From assembly GCA_963675495.1 (NCBI GenBank), contig OY776215.1, positions 1,017,546-1,081,545 on the forward strand: 64,000 bases of DNA, read 5' to 3'. Source of the DNA: an uncultured Methanolobus sp. (lineage in GTDB: Archaea > Halobacteriota > Methanosarcinia > Methanosarcinales > Methanosarcinaceae). Of this stretch, positions 1 to 12,920 are shown piece after piece. The translations under genes were made by a program, and so were the position numbers. The notes below the pieces were generated by a model. It made no database searches and was not told the DNA's origin. It worked only from the letters and a program-made list of their open reading frames with translations. Numbering within the stretch: position 1 is the stretch's first letter; each line of letters starts with the position of its first letter.

Positions 1-1
1 C

Positions 2-1207
2 GTCAACGGAACCGAGCGAGTGGTCATGACCCTGGAGGACCTTGCCCCGAACAAGATACTCACTGAATTTGGTGAAAGATACGGAGATACCATCGAAGTT
101 TCAAAGGTATTCTCACAAAGAAGAGGATACAGGGCACTTGTTGTCGTAGAAAGAGGTAGGAAATCACTTCTGGAAGTATCATTCCCTTCAATTTCAGGAC
201 GTATTAACTTTATCACCCTTATGAGGGCACTTGGTGTGGAGACTGACGAAGAACTCGTAAAAGCAGTATCCACCGACCCCGAAATAATGAAGTTCATGTT
301 TGAGAACCTTGAAGAAGCAGAGGTTGACAATATAGAAGATGCAATGGAAAAGATCGGTTCAAGGGTTGCATCAGGACAGGCAAGAGACTACCAGATCAAG
401 CGTGCCAACTACGTAATTGACAGATATCTTTTGCCACACCTTGGAAACGAACCAACAGACAGGGCTCCAAAAGCAAACTTCCTTGGAAGAATGGCAGAAT
501 CATGCTTTGAACTTGCACTTGGAAGACGTAATCCAGATGATAAGGACCACTACTCCAACAAGAGACTCAAACTCACAGGTGACCTTATGGAAGACTTGTT
601 CAGAGTTGCCTTCAACAGGCTCTCAAGAGACGTCAAATATCAGCTTGAAAGAGCAAACATGAGAAACCGTGAGCTCAATGTGGTCACGCTTGTAAGAGCA
701 GATGTACTCACTGACAGACTGCAGCACCCACTTGCAACAGGAAACTGGGTTGGCGGCAGAACTGGTGTATCACAGCTGCTTGACAGGACAGATTATATCT
801 CAACACTTTCTCACCTGCGGCGTGTAATTTCCCCACTTTCAAGAGCCCAGCCTCACTTTGAGGCCCGTGACCTTCACCCAACACAATGGGGCAGGCTTTG
901 TCCTTCAGAAACCCCGGAAGGTCCGAACTGTGGCCTTGTGAAGAACTTTGCACAAATGGTGGAACTTTCAACCGGTACTGAAGATAACAAGAAAATAAAG
1001 AACATACTCTATGACCTTGGTGTTGTAAAGACAGTTCTTAACTCATCAATAAAAGCACTCCCGGAATATGATGAAGAACTCGATGATTACCTGGAGGAGC
1101 TGGAAGTAAAACCCGTAGTAGAAGAAGAGGAAAAGCCAGAACCTATCGGGTACACGAACTATTCAGATTCATTAGACGATGGCACAGGAGGACTTCTCGA
1201 TGAATGA
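2..1207 (+). CDS. rpoB2: DNA-directed RNA polymerase subunit B'' (N-terminal part of split archaeal RpoB); 5' end lies outside the window
   Basis: The frame is open from base 2. RpoB-type segments are present ([34 protein letters not shown]). The gene ends where the B' gene starts, the split seen in methanogens. Confidence 0.93.
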   Translation, partial: VNGTERVVMTLEDLAPNKILTEFGERYGDTIEVSKVFSQRRGYRALVVVERGRKSLLEVSFPSISGRINFITLMRALGVETDEELVKAVSTDPEIMKFMFENLEEAEVDNIEDAMEKIGSRVASGQARDYQIKRANYVIDRYLLPHLGNEPTDRAPKANFLGRMAESCFELALGRRNPDDKDHYSNKRLKLTGDLMEDLFRVAFNRLSRDVKYQLERANMRNRELNVVTLVRADVLTDRLQHPLATGNWVGGRTGVSQLLDRTDYISTLSHLRRVISPLSRAQPHFEARDLHPTQWGRLCPSETPEGPNCGLVKNFAQMVELSTGTEDNKKIKNILYDLGVVKTVLNSSIKALPEYDEELDDYLEELEVKPVVEEEEKPEPIGYTNYSDSLDDGTGGLLDE

Positions 1208-3014
1208 AGCTAAAGTTTTCCTTAACGGAGAACTCATAGGAACCCATACAGACCCTGCAGAACTGATTGAAAATATCAGAGATCAGCGTGGGCAAGGAAA
1301 TGTTTCAGACCAGCTCAATGTCACATATTATGAAGATATTCATGAGGTAATAATCAATACAGATATGGGTCGTGCAAGAAGGCCACTCATTGTTGTGAAA
1401 AATGGTGAAGCCCTTGTGACAGAAGAAGAAGAAGGACTTCTTGCAGAAGGCAAGATGTCCTACGACGAAATGAAAAAGGCTGGAAAGATAGAGTACATTG
1501 ATTCAGCAGAAGAAGAAAATGCATTCATTGCGCTTTACAGGGACCACATTACAAAAGACCACTCCCATATGGAGATCAACCCCGGACTTATGTTAGGTAT
1601 CTGCACAGGAATGGTACCTTACCCGGAGCACAATGCATCCCCACGTAACACAATGGGTGCAGCAATGGTAAAGCAGTGTATAGGAGTATCAACATCCAAC
1701 ACCAAGCTCAGACCAGACACACGTGCACATCTTCTACATTACCCACAAAAAGCAATGGTCAGGACACAGACCTGCGAATCAATTCACTTCGATGACAGAC
1801 CTGCAGGACAGAACTTCGTTGTAGCTGTCATGTCCTATGAAGGACACAACATTGAAGATGCCCTGGTATTTAACAAAGGCTCCATTGAAAGAGGACTTGG
1901 AAGAAGTCACTTCCTCAGGACATTTGAAGGTGAAGAAAGACGCTACCCCGGTGGACAGGAAGACAAATTCGAAATACCTGACTCCGAGTTCAGAGGCGCC
2001 CGTAGTCCCGAATCATATGCGAATCTCGACATTGACGGTCTTGTGAACCCTGAGACAATTGTCGGTCCAAATGATGTTTTGATCGGAAAGACAAGTCCGC
2101 CACGTTTCCTTGAAGAACAGTCCGATTTCGGCATCACCGTTGAGCAGCGCAGAGAAAGTGCTATCACAATGCGTTCTAACGAAAAAGGTGTTGTTGACAC
2201 AGTCATTCTTACAGAATCAATAAACGGAACCCGCCTTGCAAAGGTAAAGATAAGGGACCAGAGAATTCCTGAGATCGGTGACAAGTTCGCATCAAGACAC
2301 GGACAGAAAGGAGTTATTGGACTGATAGTGCCTTTTGCCGACATGCCATTTACAGAGCATGGCCTTGTACCGGACCTTGTAATCAACCCACATGCTATCC
2401 CTTCACGTATGACGGTCGGTCACGTGCTTGAGATGATCGGGGGCAAGGTCGGATCAATGGAAGGAAGAAGAATCAATGCAACCTCATTCTCCGGTGAGAA
2501 TGAAGATGACCTGCGCGCAGCACTGAAAGATCAAGGATTTTCACACACCGGTAAAGAAGTATTCTCTGATGGTGTAACTGGCAAGAAGATACAGGCAGAT
2601 GTGTTCGTTGGAGTTATCCTTTACCAGAAACTGCACCACATGGTAGCATCAAAGATGCACGCCAGGTCACGTGGACCAGTGCAGGTGCTTACAAGACAGC
2701 CAACAGAAGGTCGTGCCCGTGAAGGAGGTCTGCGTTTCGGAGAAATGGAGCGTGATGTGCTAATTGGACACGGTGCAGCAATGACCCTGAAAGAAAGACT
2801 GCTCGATGAATCCGACAAGGTAACAGAGCTTGTCTGCGGACACTGCGGAATGATTGCAACATTCGACAGGAAGAGAAACATCAGATACTGCGCAAATTGT
2901 GGTGCTGAAACTGATATCCACCCGGTAGACATGAGTTACGCATTCAAACTGCTGCTTGACGAAATCAAATCCCTTGGTGTGGCTCCAAGACTGCAACTTG
3001 AGGATGCTGTATAA
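1200..3014 (+). CDS. rpoB1: DNA-directed RNA polymerase subunit B' (C-terminal part of split RpoB)
   Basis: Motifs [25 protein letters not shown] and [11 protein letters not shown], plus a C-terminal Zn ribbon CGHCG..CANCG. The ATG at 1200 overlaps the B'' stop (ATGAATGA). An in-frame ATG at 1179 is the alternative start. Confidence 0.93.
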   Translation: MNEAKVFLNGELIGTHTDPAELIENIRDQRGQGNVSDQLNVTYYEDIHEVIINTDMGRARRPLIVVKNGEALVTEEEEGLLAEGKMSYDEMKKAGKIEYIDSAEEENAFIALYRDHITKDHSHMEINPGLMLGICTGMVPYPEHNASPRNTMGAAMVKQCIGVSTSNTKLRPDTRAHLLHYPQKAMVRTQTCESIHFDDRPAGQNFVVAVMSYEGHNIEDALVFNKGSIERGLGRSHFLRTFEGEERRYPGGQEDKFEIPDSEFRGARSPESYANLDIDGLVNPETIVGPNDVLIGKTSPPRFLEEQSDFGITVEQRRESAITMRSNEKGVVDTVILTESINGTRLAKVKIRDQRIPEIGDKFASRHGQKGVIGLIVPFADMPFTEHGLVPDLVINPHAIPSRMTVGHVLEMIGGKVGSMEGRRINATSFSGENEDDLRAALKDQGFSHTGKEVFSDGVTGKKIQADVFVGVILYQKLHHMVASKMHARSRGPVQVLTRQPTEGRAREGGLRFGEMERDVLIGHGAAMTLKERLLDESDKVTELVCGHCGMIATFDRKRNIRYCANCGAETDIHPVDMSYAFKLLLDEIKSLGVAPRLQLEDAV

Positions 3015-3028
3015 GGGGTGAAATTAAA

Positions 3029-5671
3029 ATGAACGATATTCCATCTATTCCAAAAAGAGTCGGTGCCATTAAATTCGGTCTGATATCTCCTCGCGAAGTG
3101 AGAAAGATGAGTGTGACCGCCATCATAACTGCAGACACATATGACGATGACGGATACCCAATAGACATGGGTCTTATGGACCTGCGTCTTGGAGTTATTG
3201 ACCCTGGTTTAAAGTGTAAGACCTGCGGAAGCCGTGCAGGAGAATGCCCAGGGCACTTCGGACACATCGACCTAGTTGCACCGGTCATACATGTGGGCTT
3301 CAACAAGACCATACGAAAGGCATTACGCTCCATCTGCCGCAATTGTGGCAGACTTCTACTTACTGCCGAAAAGAAAAATGATTTCCTTGCACAACTGGAA
3401 ACTTCAAAGGAAATGGGACACCTTCCGGACAATATTATCAATGAGGTCTTCAAGGAAGCACGAAAATCAAAGAGCTGCCCATACTGCTCAACAGAACAGC
3501 TTGAGATCAAGTTCGAAAAGCCCAGTGATTATGTAGAAGACGGACACAAGCTGACACCAACGGAAATACGTGACCGCTTTGAGAATGTACCTGATGAGGA
3601 TGTAAAAGTCCTTGGAATGGACCCTGAAAGCGCAAGACCCGAATGGATGATCCTCACGGTTCTGCCAGTCCCACCAGTAACAGTAAGGCCTTCTATCACT
3701 CTGGAATCCGGCCAGCGCAGTGAAGATGACCTGACCCACAAGCTTGTGGACATCATCAGGATCAACCAGAGGTTCCAGGAGAACAGGGATGCTGGTGCAC
3801 CACAACTTATTATAGAGGACCTGTGGGAATTGCTTCAGTACCATGTTACAACATTCTTTGATAATGAAGTATCAGGCGTACCACCTGCAAGACACAGATC
3901 AGGAAGACCACTGAAGACACTTACCCAGCGTCTTAAGGGTAAGGAAGGAAGGTTCAGAGGAAGTCTGTCAGGTAAGCGTGTGAACTTCTCAGCCCGTACT
4001 GTAGTATCCCCGGACCCTAACCTTAGTATTAACGAAGTGGGAGTTCCTTTTGCAATTGCAAGACAGATGACAATACCTGAAAGGGTAACAACAAGGAACC
4101 TTGAACTACTGCGTATGTATGTGCAGCGTGGCAGCTCGGTGCACCCCGGTGCAAACTACGCTATACGCGATGACGGAAGGCGTATAAGAGTATCAGAGAT
4201 CAACAAGGAAGAGCTTGCAGAGAAGATAGAGGTCGGATGGACAGTCGAAAGACAGCTTATGGATGGGGATATTGTTCTCTTTAACAGACAGCCTTCCCTT
4301 CACAAGATGAGTATCATGGCTCACAGGGTCAAGGTACTTCCAAACAAGACATTCAGGCTTAACCCTGCAGTATGCGCGCCATACAACGCTGACTTTGACG
4401 GCGATGAAATGAACATGCACGTTCTCCAGACCGAAGAATCCAGGGCAGAAGCCAGCATTCTAATGCAAGTACAGGAGAATATCCTGTCCCCTCGTTTCGG
4501 CGGACCTATCATCGGCGGTATACACGACCACATCTCCGGATTGTTCCTGCTCACAAGGAACGAGAACGCCATCACCAAGAATGCAGCTCTTGAACTACTC
4601 AGGAAATCAGACATTAGAGTCCTTCCCGAACCTGCAAGTTACGCTGAAAACGGAGAACCACTATGGAACGGAAAACAGATCTTCAGTCAGATCCTGCCAA
4701 AGGGACTCTATCTGGAGTTCCCCGCACAGGCCTGTTTCAAGTGCGAGACCTGCAAAAAGAAGGATTGCGAATATAATGCCTATGTTGTCATAGAAGATGG
4801 GGAAATGCTTCAGGGCACTATTGATGAACAGGCTATTGGTGCTTTTAAAGGCAAAATCCTTGATAAAGTTGTGAAAGAATACAGCCCTGAAGCAGGTGCC
4901 AAGTTCGTAGATGACTTTACAAGACTCGCCATTCGCGGTGTGATGAAGACAGGACTCAGTTTTGGTATTAGTGACGAAGATATACCCAAGACTGCAAAAT
5001 TGCAGATCAATAATCTCCTTAAAGAAGCTGAAGACAAAGTAAGAGCACTAATTGAAGCTTATGAAGCAAAAGAGCTGGAACCTTTGCCAGGACGTACACT
5101 CAAAGAAACCATCGAAATGAAGATCATGCAAGAACTTGGTAAGGCCAGAGATCAGACCGGTAACATTGCAGGTCAGCAGCTTGGTCTTGAAAACTCTGCT
5201 GTGTTGATGGCAAAGTCTGGTGCAAGAGGTTCAATGCTTAACCTTACCCAGATGGCTGCCTGTGTCGGACAACAGGCGGTTCGTGGTGAAAGGATAAGAA
5301 GAGGCTATGCAGGAAGGACACTCCCACACTTTGACAAAGGTGACCTTGGTGCAGATGCTCACGGATTCGTCAAAGCAAGTTACAAGAGCGGGCTTAATCC
5401 GACAGAATATTTCTTCCACGCAATTGGTGGTCGTGAAGGTCTTGTGGACACTGCTGTCCGTACTTCCCAATCAGGTTACCTGCAAAGAAGACTTGTAAAC
5501 GCGTTGCAGGATCTTGAGGTCCAGTATGACGGTTCAGTACGTGAGACACGTGGTGTGGTCGTACAATTCAAGTACGGAGAAGATGGTATTGATTCCACAA
5601 AGAGTGACTACAGCAAACCTGAGGCAATCCACAGAATTGTCAGAATGGTCACCGGGAAAGAGGTGAACTAA
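3029..5671 (+). CDS. rpoA1: DNA-directed RNA polymerase subunit A'
   Basis: N-terminal Zn motif CKTCGSRAGECPGHFGH and catalytic NADFDGDEMN motif; 880 aa; follows rpoB' after 14 nt. Confidence 0.95.
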   Translation: MNDIPSIPKRVGAIKFGLISPREVRKMSVTAIITADTYDDDGYPIDMGLMDLRLGVIDPGLKCKTCGSRAGECPGHFGHIDLVAPVIHVGFNKTIRKALRSICRNCGRLLLTAEKKNDFLAQLETSKEMGHLPDNIINEVFKEARKSKSCPYCSTEQLEIKFEKPSDYVEDGHKLTPTEIRDRFENVPDEDVKVLGMDPESARPEWMILTVLPVPPVTVRPSITLESGQRSEDDLTHKLVDIIRINQRFQENRDAGAPQLIIEDLWELLQYHVTTFFDNEVSGVPPARHRSGRPLKTLTQRLKGKEGRFRGSLSGKRVNFSARTVVSPDPNLSINEVGVPFAIARQMTIPERVTTRNLELLRMYVQRGSSVHPGANYAIRDDGRRIRVSEINKEELAEKIEVGWTVERQLMDGDIVLFNRQPSLHKMSIMAHRVKVLPNKTFRLNPAVCAPYNADFDGDEMNMHVLQTEESRAEASILMQVQENILSPRFGGPIIGGIHDHISGLFLLTRNENAITKNAALELLRKSDIRVLPEPASYAENGEPLWNGKQIFSQILPKGLYLEFPAQACFKCETCKKKDCEYNAYVVIEDGEMLQGTIDEQAIGAFKGKILDKVVKEYSPEAGAKFVDDFTRLAIRGVMKTGLSFGISDEDIPKTAKLQINNLLKEAEDKVRALIEAYEAKELEPLPGRTLKETIEMKIMQELGKARDQTGNIAGQQLGLENSAVLMAKSGARGSMLNLTQMAACVGQQAVRGERIRRGYAGRTLPHFDKGDLGADAHGFVKASYKSGLNPTEYFFHAIGGREGLVDTAVRTSQSGYLQRRLVNALQDLEVQYDGSVRETRGVVVQFKYGEDGIDSTKSDYSKPEAIHRIVRMVTGKEVN

Positions 5672-6814
5672 ATGACGATCAGTGAAGCTACTATTGATTC
5701 AATGATGTCTCAGCTTGACCTACCTAAGAACATCATGGAGACATTAAGAGATGATGTGATGAAAGTAGGTGTCACAAAGAAAGAGCTGGAAGATATCATC
5801 GAGCGTGTGAAAGACAGCTACGAATATGCGTGTGTGGAACCCTGTGAAGCAGTGGGTGTTGTATCAGCACAATCCATTGGTGAACCAGGCACACAGATGA
5901 CCATGCGTACTTTCCACTACGCTGGTGTCGCTGAAATTAACGTTACGCTAGGTCTGCCACGTCTCATTGAGATCGTTGATGCAAGGAAACAACCAAGCAC
6001 ACCAATGATGACCATCGCACTGGAAGAAGAATATGCAACTGACAGGGACAAGGCACGTAAGCTTGCGTGGGAAATTGAGGCAACTCATATAGAACATCTT
6101 GCAGACATCACTACAGACCTTGCAAATATGCACCTTATCATTGATCTGCATGAGAAAACATTGATACACAGAGCACTAAATGCAACTGATATTGCAGAAA
6201 GTCTTCATGAAGAACTTGGTGTCATGGTCAATGTATCAGACAGTATTGCAAATCAGGTAATAGTAACTCCAAGCGCACCCTCATACCGTGAACTTCTCCA
6301 GCTGGCAAAGAACATCCATTCTATAACACTAAAGGGTATTGAAGGAATTAAAAGAGTCGTCATCAGAAAAGATGGGGACGAATATACACTTTATACCGAA
6401 GGTTCACAGCTTAAGGAAGTACTTCAGATAGAAGGAATAGATGCTACAAGGACATATACCAACAACATCGGAGAGATATACGAGGTGTTTGGTATCGAAG
6501 CTGCAAGAAATGCTATCATAAAAGAAGCTACTGACACACTTGCAGAGCAGGGTCTTACTGTTGATATCAGACACATAATGCTTGTATCTGACATCATGTG
6601 TTGTGATGGAGAAGTTAAACAGATCGGAAGACATGGAATTTCAGGAGAGAAAGCCAGTGTATTTGCACGTGCCGCTTTTGAAGTTACTGTAACCCATCTG
6701 CTTGATGCCGGTATGCGTGGAGATCGCGATGAGCTCAATGGTGTTACCGAGAATATTATAGTAGGACAGCCTATAAAACTGGGCACAGGAGATGTTCATC
6801 TTGTCACAAGATGA
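5672..6814 (+). CDS. rpoA2: DNA-directed RNA polymerase subunit A''
   Basis: The ATG directly follows the A' TAA. Contains [19 protein letters not shown] (trigger-loop region) and a conserved C-terminal GQPIKLGTG. Confidence 0.95.
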   Translation: MTISEATIDSMMSQLDLPKNIMETLRDDVMKVGVTKKELEDIIERVKDSYEYACVEPCEAVGVVSAQSIGEPGTQMTMRTFHYAGVAEINVTLGLPRLIEIVDARKQPSTPMMTIALEEEYATDRDKARKLAWEIEATHIEHLADITTDLANMHLIIDLHEKTLIHRALNATDIAESLHEELGVMVNVSDSIANQVIVTPSAPSYRELLQLAKNIHSITLKGIEGIKRVVIRKDGDEYTLYTEGSQLKEVLQIEGIDATRTYTNNIGEIYEVFGIEAARNAIIKEATDTLAEQGLTVDIRHIMLVSDIMCCDGEVKQIGRHGISGEKASVFARAAFEVTVTHLLDAGMRGDRDELNGVTENIIVGQPIKLGTGDVHLVTR

Positions 6815-6913
6815 ACTTCCAATATTATAATACAAAGAGCAACCAGAAAGTAGATATACGGAATCACTTATTAATACAAATCTCAAACTGACATTATAAA
6901 TGAGTTGATATAA

Positions 6914-7204
6914 ATGGATATTAACATTGACAAAGCACTGATCAAAGTGATCAGAACCGGAAAGGTGATAATTGGATCTAACAGGACTATCGATGCTGCC
7001 ATGAACAATGAAGCAAAAATGGTCATACTTGCCACAAACTGCCCTGCAGATGTAAGAGCCAAGATAGAAAGCCTAGATGTACCGATACTAAACTACTCTG
7101 GCACAGGAACAGAACTTGGACCTGCCTGCGGAAAACCATTTATCATTGCTGCAATGGCTATCATTGACAACGGTGAATCTGATATTCTGGCAGCTGCTGC
7201 TTAA
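6914..7204 (+). CDS. rpl30e: 50S ribosomal protein L30e
   Basis: 96-aa L7Ae/L30e-fold sequence ([24 protein letters not shown]) in the canonical position after rpoA''. Confidence 0.88.
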   Translation: MDINIDKALIKVIRTGKVIIGSNRTIDAAMNNEAKMVILATNCPADVRAKIESLDVPILNYSGTGTELGPACGKPFIIAAMAIIDNGESDILAAAA

Positions 7205-7209
7205 AGGAG

Positions 7210-7644
7210 TTGCAATATTTGGGCGAGATCAAGTTATCTACTGAAAACATCCGATATATCGCACTATTTGAAAATGTCACAGGTGCAGCGGTTAAAGATT
7301 GCATTATCGATGACGATAGAATAATATATGTGATAAACACAGGCGACATGGGTGCTGCTATTGGAAGAAACGGAGACCACATTAACCGCGTGAAGAAAAC
7401 AGTGGATAAACTTATCGATCTTGTCGAATACTCGGACGAACCTGCTACATTCATAAAGAATGCATTCGGTCCGGTATCGGTCAAATCGGTGAACATCACA
7501 AACAGGAACAATAAGCGATTGGCTTATGTAGAAGTATCTAATAAAGACAAGGGTCTTGCCATAGGACGAAATGGGAAAAACATTGAAAAGGTAAAACTTG
7601 TCGCTAAGAGACATCATGATATAGATGATGTCATCCTGCAGTGA
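7210..7644 (+). CDS. nusA: Archaeal NusA-like transcription factor (two KH domains)
   Basis: Two KH GxxG motifs (IGRNGDHINRVKK, IGRNGKNIEKVK), TTG start, conserved position between L30e and S12. Confidence 0.88.
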   Translation: MQYLGEIKLSTENIRYIALFENVTGAAVKDCIIDDDRIIYVINTGDMGAAIGRNGDHINRVKKTVDKLIDLVEYSDEPATFIKNAFGPVSVKSVNITNRNNKRLAYVEVSNKDKGLAIGRNGKNIEKVKLVAKRHHDIDDVILQ

Positions 7645-7695
7645 TAATCCAAATAATATCATACTCATCAAAGACATAGATTGGAGGACATAATT

Positions 7696-8124
7696 ATGCC
7701 AAATGGAAAATATGCAGCTCATACACTTCAGCGCATGCGAAAGGATGCAAGATGGAAAGATTCACGCTATAACAGGCGTACACTCGGACTTGACGTTAAA
7801 GCAGACCCTCTTGGAGGCGCACCTCAGGGAAGAGGCATTGTGCTTGAGAAAGTAGGAATCGAGGCTAAACAGCCAAACTCAGCTATTAGGAAATGTGTTA
7901 GAATACAGTTGATCAAGAACGGACGTCAGGTATCAGCATTCTGCCCTGGTGACGGTGCTATCAACTTTATCGACGAGCACGATGAAGTTACAGTAGAAAG
8001 AATAGGTGGCCGTATGGGTGGTGCAATGGGTGATATTCCCGGAGTACGCTTTAAGGTCACTGCTGTTAACAATGTATCCTTAAGAGAAATGGTCATTGGC
8101 CGAAAAGAGAAACCAAGGAGATAA
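7696..8124 (+). CDS. rps12: 30S ribosomal protein S12
   Basis: [19 protein letters not shown] motif. The ATG at 7696 is preceded by GGAGG; the listed TTG at 7681 is less likely. Confidence 0.93.
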   Translation: MPNGKYAAHTLQRMRKDARWKDSRYNRRTLGLDVKADPLGGAPQGRGIVLEKVGIEAKQPNSAIRKCVRIQLIKNGRQVSAFCPGDGAINFIDEHDEVTVERIGGRMGGAMGDIPGVRFKVTAVNNVSLREMVIGRKEKPRR

Positions 8125-8128
8125 TTAA

Positions 8129-8689
8129 ATGTACAAGTTATTTGAAAAATGGGATCTCACTGAAGTAGAGGTCACTGACCAGGGAATTAAAAGGTATGTG
8201 AACCTCGATCCGGTGATAATCCCTCACTCAAACGGAAAGCATGCAAGACAGCAGTTCAACAAATCAGACATCTGTATCGTTGAGCGTCTTGTTAACAACG
8301 TTATGCGCAATGAGCAGAACACCGGAAAGAAGCAGAACGCAATGAGAGTTGTTTCTGAAGCGTTAGATATCATAAACTCAAGGACCAAGAAGAACCCTGT
8401 ACAGGTTCTGGTAGAGGCTATCTCTAACGCCGGACCAAGGGAAGAAGTGGTCAGACTTAAGTACGGCGGAATATCCGTACCAAAGGCAGTAGATACTGCT
8501 CCACAGAGACGTGTTGACAGTGCACTCAGATACATTACAATGGGTGCAAACAAGGCTTCTTTCAAATCCAAGAGAAGTGCAGCAGATTGCCTTGCAGCAG
8601 AAATAGTTGCAGCTTCAAACCGTGATGCAAAATGCTTCTCAATCAACAAGAAGGATGGAAAAGAAAGAGTTGCGAAGGCAGCACGTTAA
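8129..8689 (+). CDS. rps7: 30S ribosomal protein S7
   Basis: 186 aa with S7-type sequence ([23 protein letters not shown]), immediately after S12. Confidence 0.92.
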   Translation: MYKLFEKWDLTEVEVTDQGIKRYVNLDPVIIPHSNGKHARQQFNKSDICIVERLVNNVMRNEQNTGKKQNAMRVVSEALDIINSRTKKNPVQVLVEAISNAGPREEVVRLKYGGISVPKAVDTAPQRRVDSALRYITMGANKASFKSKRSAADCLAAEIVAASNRDAKCFSINKKDGKERVAKAAR

Positions 8690-8731
8690 TGCAAATCCTG
8701 CCACTTAGTAAATAAGAATAAGGTAATTAAT

Positions 8732-10933
8732 ATGGCTAGAAATGATAAAATGGTTGACCGTGTTGCAGCGCTCATGGGTGAACCAAAGATGATACGTAAC
8801 ATCGGTATTGTTGCGCACATTGATCACGGAAAGACAACTTTGTCAGATAACCTTCTTGCAGGCGCAGGCATGCTCTCAAAAGAGCTTGCCGGTAACGCTT
8901 GCTGGACTGACTCTGATGAAGAAGAACAGGAAAGAGGTATTACAATTGATTCAGCAAATGTTTCAATGGTCCACGAGTACGAGGACGAGGAATATCTCAT
9001 TAACCTTATTGACACGCCAGGTCACGTAGACTTTGGTGGAGATGTTACACGTGCAATGCGCGCAGTAGATGGTGCTGTAGTGGTTATTGACGCTGTAGAA
9101 GGTACAATGCCACAGACAGAGACTGTTCTTAGACAGGCATTGAAGGAACATGTAAAGCCAGTTCTGTTCATCAACAAAGTTGACCGTCTCATCAATGAGT
9201 TGCAGGTCGACGGACAGGAAATGCAGATCAGACTCGGCAAACTTATCGATCACGTTAACAAGCTCATCAAAGGTATGAACGAAGAGCGCTACAAGGCAGG
9301 ATGGAAAGTTGACGCAGCAGAAGGTACTGTTGCTTTCGGTTCAGCATTGTACAACTGGGCTATCAGTGTACCAATGATGCAGAAGACTGGAGTCACATTC
9401 CAGCAGATATATGATTACAATAAAGCAGATGATCCTGAAAAAATAAGAGAACTTGCAGATAAGTGTCCACTCCATGAAGTTCTGAACGATATGGTAATCA
9501 GGTTCCTCCCGTCCCCTCTTGAGGCTCAGGAAGGAAGGGTTAACGCTATCTGGCACGGTGACAAGGAATCCAAGATCGGCAAGTCAATGATCAATGCAGA
9601 TCCTGAAGGTGAACTTGCTTTCATGGTAACAGATATTACCATGGACCCACATGCAGGCGAAGTCGCAACCGGAAGGTTGTTCAGTGGGTCACTCAAACGT
9701 GGAATGGAAGCTTACGTATCCGGCGCATCAAGAAAGAACAGAATTCAGCAGGTCGGTGTTTTCATGGGTCCAAAGAGACTTGAAGTGGAGAACATACCTG
9801 CAGGAAACATTGCAGCTGTAACCGGACTTAAAGATGCTATCGTCGGTTCAACAGTAACCACCCTTGAAGGCATGGAGCCTTTCGAGAGTATCACTCACGC
9901 AAGTGAACCTGTAGTTACCGTTGCAGTAGAAGCTAAGCACATGAAGGACCTTCCAAAGCTTGTAGAAGTATTGAGACAGGTTGCAAAGGAAGACCCAACA
10001 CTTAAGATCACACTTGACGAAGAAACCGGTGAGCACTTAATGGCGGGTATGGGAGAACTTCACCTTGAGGTCATTGCGCACAGAATTGAGCGTGACAAGG
10101 GTGTAGAGATCACAACAACACCGCCTATTGTAGTTTACCGTGAGACCATTCGTGGCAGCGCTGGACCAGTAGAAGGTAAATCACCAAACAGGCACAACAG
10201 GTTCTATATTGTAGTCGAGCCACTTGAGGAAGGAGTTAGAGACCTTATCAAGGCTGGCGAGATATCAATGCGTATGCCTGAAGTTGAGCGTAGAGAGAAA
10301 CTCATGGCAGCAGGACTTAGCAAAGATGAAGCTAAGGGTATTGCTGACATCTTTGAGAGCAATGTTTACATTGATGTCACAAAGGGTATCCAGCACCTCA
10401 ATGAAACCATGGAACTCATCCTTGAAGGATTCCAGGAAGTAATGAAGGCAGGACCTCTCTCAAGAGAACCATGCATGGGTGTAAAGGTAAAGCTCGTTGA
10501 TGCAAAGTTACACGAGGATGCAGTCCACAGAGGACCTGCACAGGTAATACCAGCATCAAGACAAGGTATCCAGGCAGCAATGCTAATGGCAGATGATACA
10601 CTTCTTGAACCGTACCAGAAAGTATTCATACAGGTTCCACAGGACAACATGGGTGGCGCAACCAAGGAGATTCAGGGACGTCGTGGTACGATCATTGATA
10701 TGGGCTCAGAAGGCGACATGACCATCATCGAATCAAGAGCACCAGTATCCGAACTGTTCGGATTTGCAGGAGATATCAGATCAGCAACCGAAGGTCGCGC
10801 AATGTGGAGTACTGAGTTTGCAGGATTTGACACACTTCCAACAAACCTGACCGCAGAAATCGTAACTGGCATAAGAGAAAGAAAGGGACTCAAGAAGGAC
10901 CTACCACAAGCATCTGACTACATGAGTATGTAA
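8732..10933 (+). CDS. fusA: Translation elongation factor 2 (aEF-2)
   Basis: GTPase motifs [23 protein letters not shown]; diphthamide-loop [11 protein letters not shown]; 733 aa. Confidence 0.96.
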   Translation: MARNDKMVDRVAALMGEPKMIRNIGIVAHIDHGKTTLSDNLLAGAGMLSKELAGNACWTDSDEEEQERGITIDSANVSMVHEYEDEEYLINLIDTPGHVDFGGDVTRAMRAVDGAVVVIDAVEGTMPQTETVLRQALKEHVKPVLFINKVDRLINELQVDGQEMQIRLGKLIDHVNKLIKGMNEERYKAGWKVDAAEGTVAFGSALYNWAISVPMMQKTGVTFQQIYDYNKADDPEKIRELADKCPLHEVLNDMVIRFLPSPLEAQEGRVNAIWHGDKESKIGKSMINADPEGELAFMVTDITMDPHAGEVATGRLFSGSLKRGMEAYVSGASRKNRIQQVGVFMGPKRLEVENIPAGNIAAVTGLKDAIVGSTVTTLEGMEPFESITHASEPVVTVAVEAKHMKDLPKLVEVLRQVAKEDPTLKITLDEETGEHLMAGMGELHLEVIAHRIERDKGVEITTTPPIVVYRETIRGSAGPVEGKSPNRHNRFYIVVEPLEEGVRDLIKAGEISMRMPEVERREKLMAAGLSKDEAKGIADIFESNVYIDVTKGIQHLNETMELILEGFQEVMKAGPLSREPCMGVKVKLVDAKLHEDAVHRGPAQVIPASRQGIQAAMLMADDTLLEPYQKVFIQVPQDNMGGATKEIQGRRGTIIDMGSEGDMTIIESRAPVSELFGFAGDIRSATEGRAMWSTEFAGFDTLPTNLTAEIVTGIRERKGLKKDLPQASDYMSM

Positions 10934-10943
10934 TTGCGGAAAT

Positions 10944-10968
10944 TTGCAGCTTTTTGCTGCAAAAATCC
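10944..10968 (+). terminator. Hairpin (TTTGCAGC-TTTTT-GCTGCAAA) downstream of aEF-2, followed by T-rich sequence
   Basis: An inverted repeat sits about 10 nt after the fusA stop, and AT-rich promoter-like sequence for tuf follows. Its function is inferred. Confidence 0.35.
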
Positions 10969-11053
10969 TATTTTGTCAGAAAGGTTTAAACGTAAAAAGA
11001 CCTATTATGGCAAATCAAACTGATATATTATAATTGAATTAAATAAAGGAGAT

Positions 11054-12331
11054 ATGAAAATGGCAGCTGACAAACCACACATGAACTTGGCAGTTATTGG
11101 TCACATTGACCACGGCAAGTCAACCCTTGTCGGAAGATTAATGTTCGAAACAGGAGCAGTACCTGCTCACCTTATCGAGAAGTACAAGGCAGAAGCAAAA
11201 GAAAAGGGTAAAGAATCATTCGCATTCGCATGGGTCATGGACTCACTTAAGGAAGAGCGTGAAAGAGGTATCACAATCGATATCGCTCACAAGAGATTCG
11301 ACACCGACAAGTACTACTTTACAATTGTGGACTGCCCAGGCCACCGTGACTTTGTGAAGAACATGATCACCGGTGCATCCCAGGCTGACGCAGCTATCCT
11401 TGTAGTCGCCGCACCTGATGGTGTAATGGACCAGACAAAAGAGCATGTGTTCCTTTCAAGAACCCTTGGTATTAACCAGCTTATCATTGCTGTAAACAAG
11501 ATGGATGCATCAAAGTACAGCGAAGAGAGATACAATGAGGTCAAGGAACAAGTAAGCCAGCTCCTCGGTATGGTAGGATTCAAGGCATCAGAGATTCCAT
11601 TCATTCCAACCTCTGCATTCGAGGGTGACAACATATCAGGTCCAAGCGCAAACACACCATGGTACAAGGGTCCATCTATCCTTGAATCACTTGACCTCCT
11701 TGTTGAACCAGAAAAGCCAGACACACTCCCACTCAGAATTCCTGTACAGGATGCATACACCATCTCCGGTATCGGAACCGTACCAGTAGGTAGGGTCGAG
11801 ACAGGTATCATGAAGAAGGGACAGACAGTAACCTTTAACCCAAGCGGCGTTAGCGGTGAAGTCAAGTCAATCGAAATGCACCATGAAGAGCATGATCAGG
11901 CTGGACCTGGAGACAACATCGGATGGAACGTACGTGGTGTAGGTAAGAACGATGTACGCAGAGGAGATGTCTGCGGACCGTCAGACAAGCCACCTTCAGT
12001 AGCAGACGAGTTTACAGGACAGATCGTAGTCCTTCAACACCCATCCGCTATCACAGCAGGATACACACCAGTATTCCACTGCCACACAACCCAGACCGCA
12101 TGTACTCTTATGTCCATTGACAAGAAGCTTGATCCAAAGACAGGCCAGGTCAAGGAAGAGAATGCAACCTTCATTAAGGCTGGAGACGCAGCAATTGTCA
12201 CCATCAAGCCAACAAGACCAATGGTGATCGAACCAGTAAAGGAAATTCCACAGCTCGGTAGATTCGCTATCCGTGATATGGGTATGACCATTGCTGCTGG
12301 CATGTGCATGAGTGTTAAACTGAAAGAGTAA
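11054..12331 (+). CDS. tuf: Translation elongation factor 1-alpha (aEF-1alpha)
   Basis: [21 protein letters not shown] motifs. An alternative ATG lies at 11060 (MAADKPH...). Confidence 0.96.
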   Translation: MKMAADKPHMNLAVIGHIDHGKSTLVGRLMFETGAVPAHLIEKYKAEAKEKGKESFAFAWVMDSLKEERERGITIDIAHKRFDTDKYYFTIVDCPGHRDFVKNMITGASQADAAILVVAAPDGVMDQTKEHVFLSRTLGINQLIIAVNKMDASKYSEERYNEVKEQVSQLLGMVGFKASEIPFIPTSAFEGDNISGPSANTPWYKGPSILESLDLLVEPEKPDTLPLRIPVQDAYTISGIGTVPVGRVETGIMKKGQTVTFNPSGVSGEVKSIEMHHEEHDQAGPGDNIGWNVRGVGKNDVRRGDVCGPSDKPPSVADEFTGQIVVLQHPSAITAGYTPVFHCHTTQTACTLMSIDKKLDPKTGQVKEENATFIKAGDAAIVTIKPTRPMVIEPVKEIPQLGRFAIRDMGMTIAAGMCMSVKLKE

Positions 12332-12356
12332 GACACTCAACTTTTTCCTTTTTTAG

Positions 12357-12677
<321 letters not shown>

Positions 12678-12679
12678 AC

Positions 12680-12733
12680 TATAGTTATTGCTAGCAATAA
12701 CTATAACCTTTAAGTTACAGATAACATCTGTAA
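12680..12733 (+). terminator. Two consecutive hairpins ending the rpo-tuf-S10 cluster
   Basis: A perfect 26-nt loopless palindrome TATAGTTATTGCTAGCAATAACTATA lies at 12680-12705. GTTACAGAT-AAC-ATCTGTAAC follows at 12713-12733. The first begins 3 nt after the S10 stop. Confidence 0.4.
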
Positions 12734-12920
12734 CCTTCCACTTCTCATCTTTCAACGACACTGAAGAGTGTCTTCTATGAAAGATATTCAGACAAGACTG
12801 CTGAAAATACTCTTTTTTGATAAGTTCTTCCATTTGCTTAAATACTACTGGAGAAAAGTATCAGTACCGTAGTAAATTATATCTAAGACAATAACTCATA
12901 AAAATATGGGGTATTATATA

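Noticed and set aside
1179-1207. The overlap and split between the two rpoB ORFs could be read as a frameshifted pseudogene.
   Set aside because: The split of RpoB into B'' and B' (and of RpoA into A' and A'') is the normal state in methanogens. Both parts are intact and the stop/start overlap (ATGAATGA) is a standard coupling arrangement.
417-12340. Dozens of 60-180-aa ORFs nested in or antisense to the rpo, EF-2 and EF-1alpha genes (for example 417-662, 708-971, 1943-2386, 2965-3510, 11314-11865).
   Set aside because: They lie entirely within strongly supported conserved genes. Their translations are low-complexity or Cys/Ser/Pro-rich and show no family signal. This is typical of chance frames.
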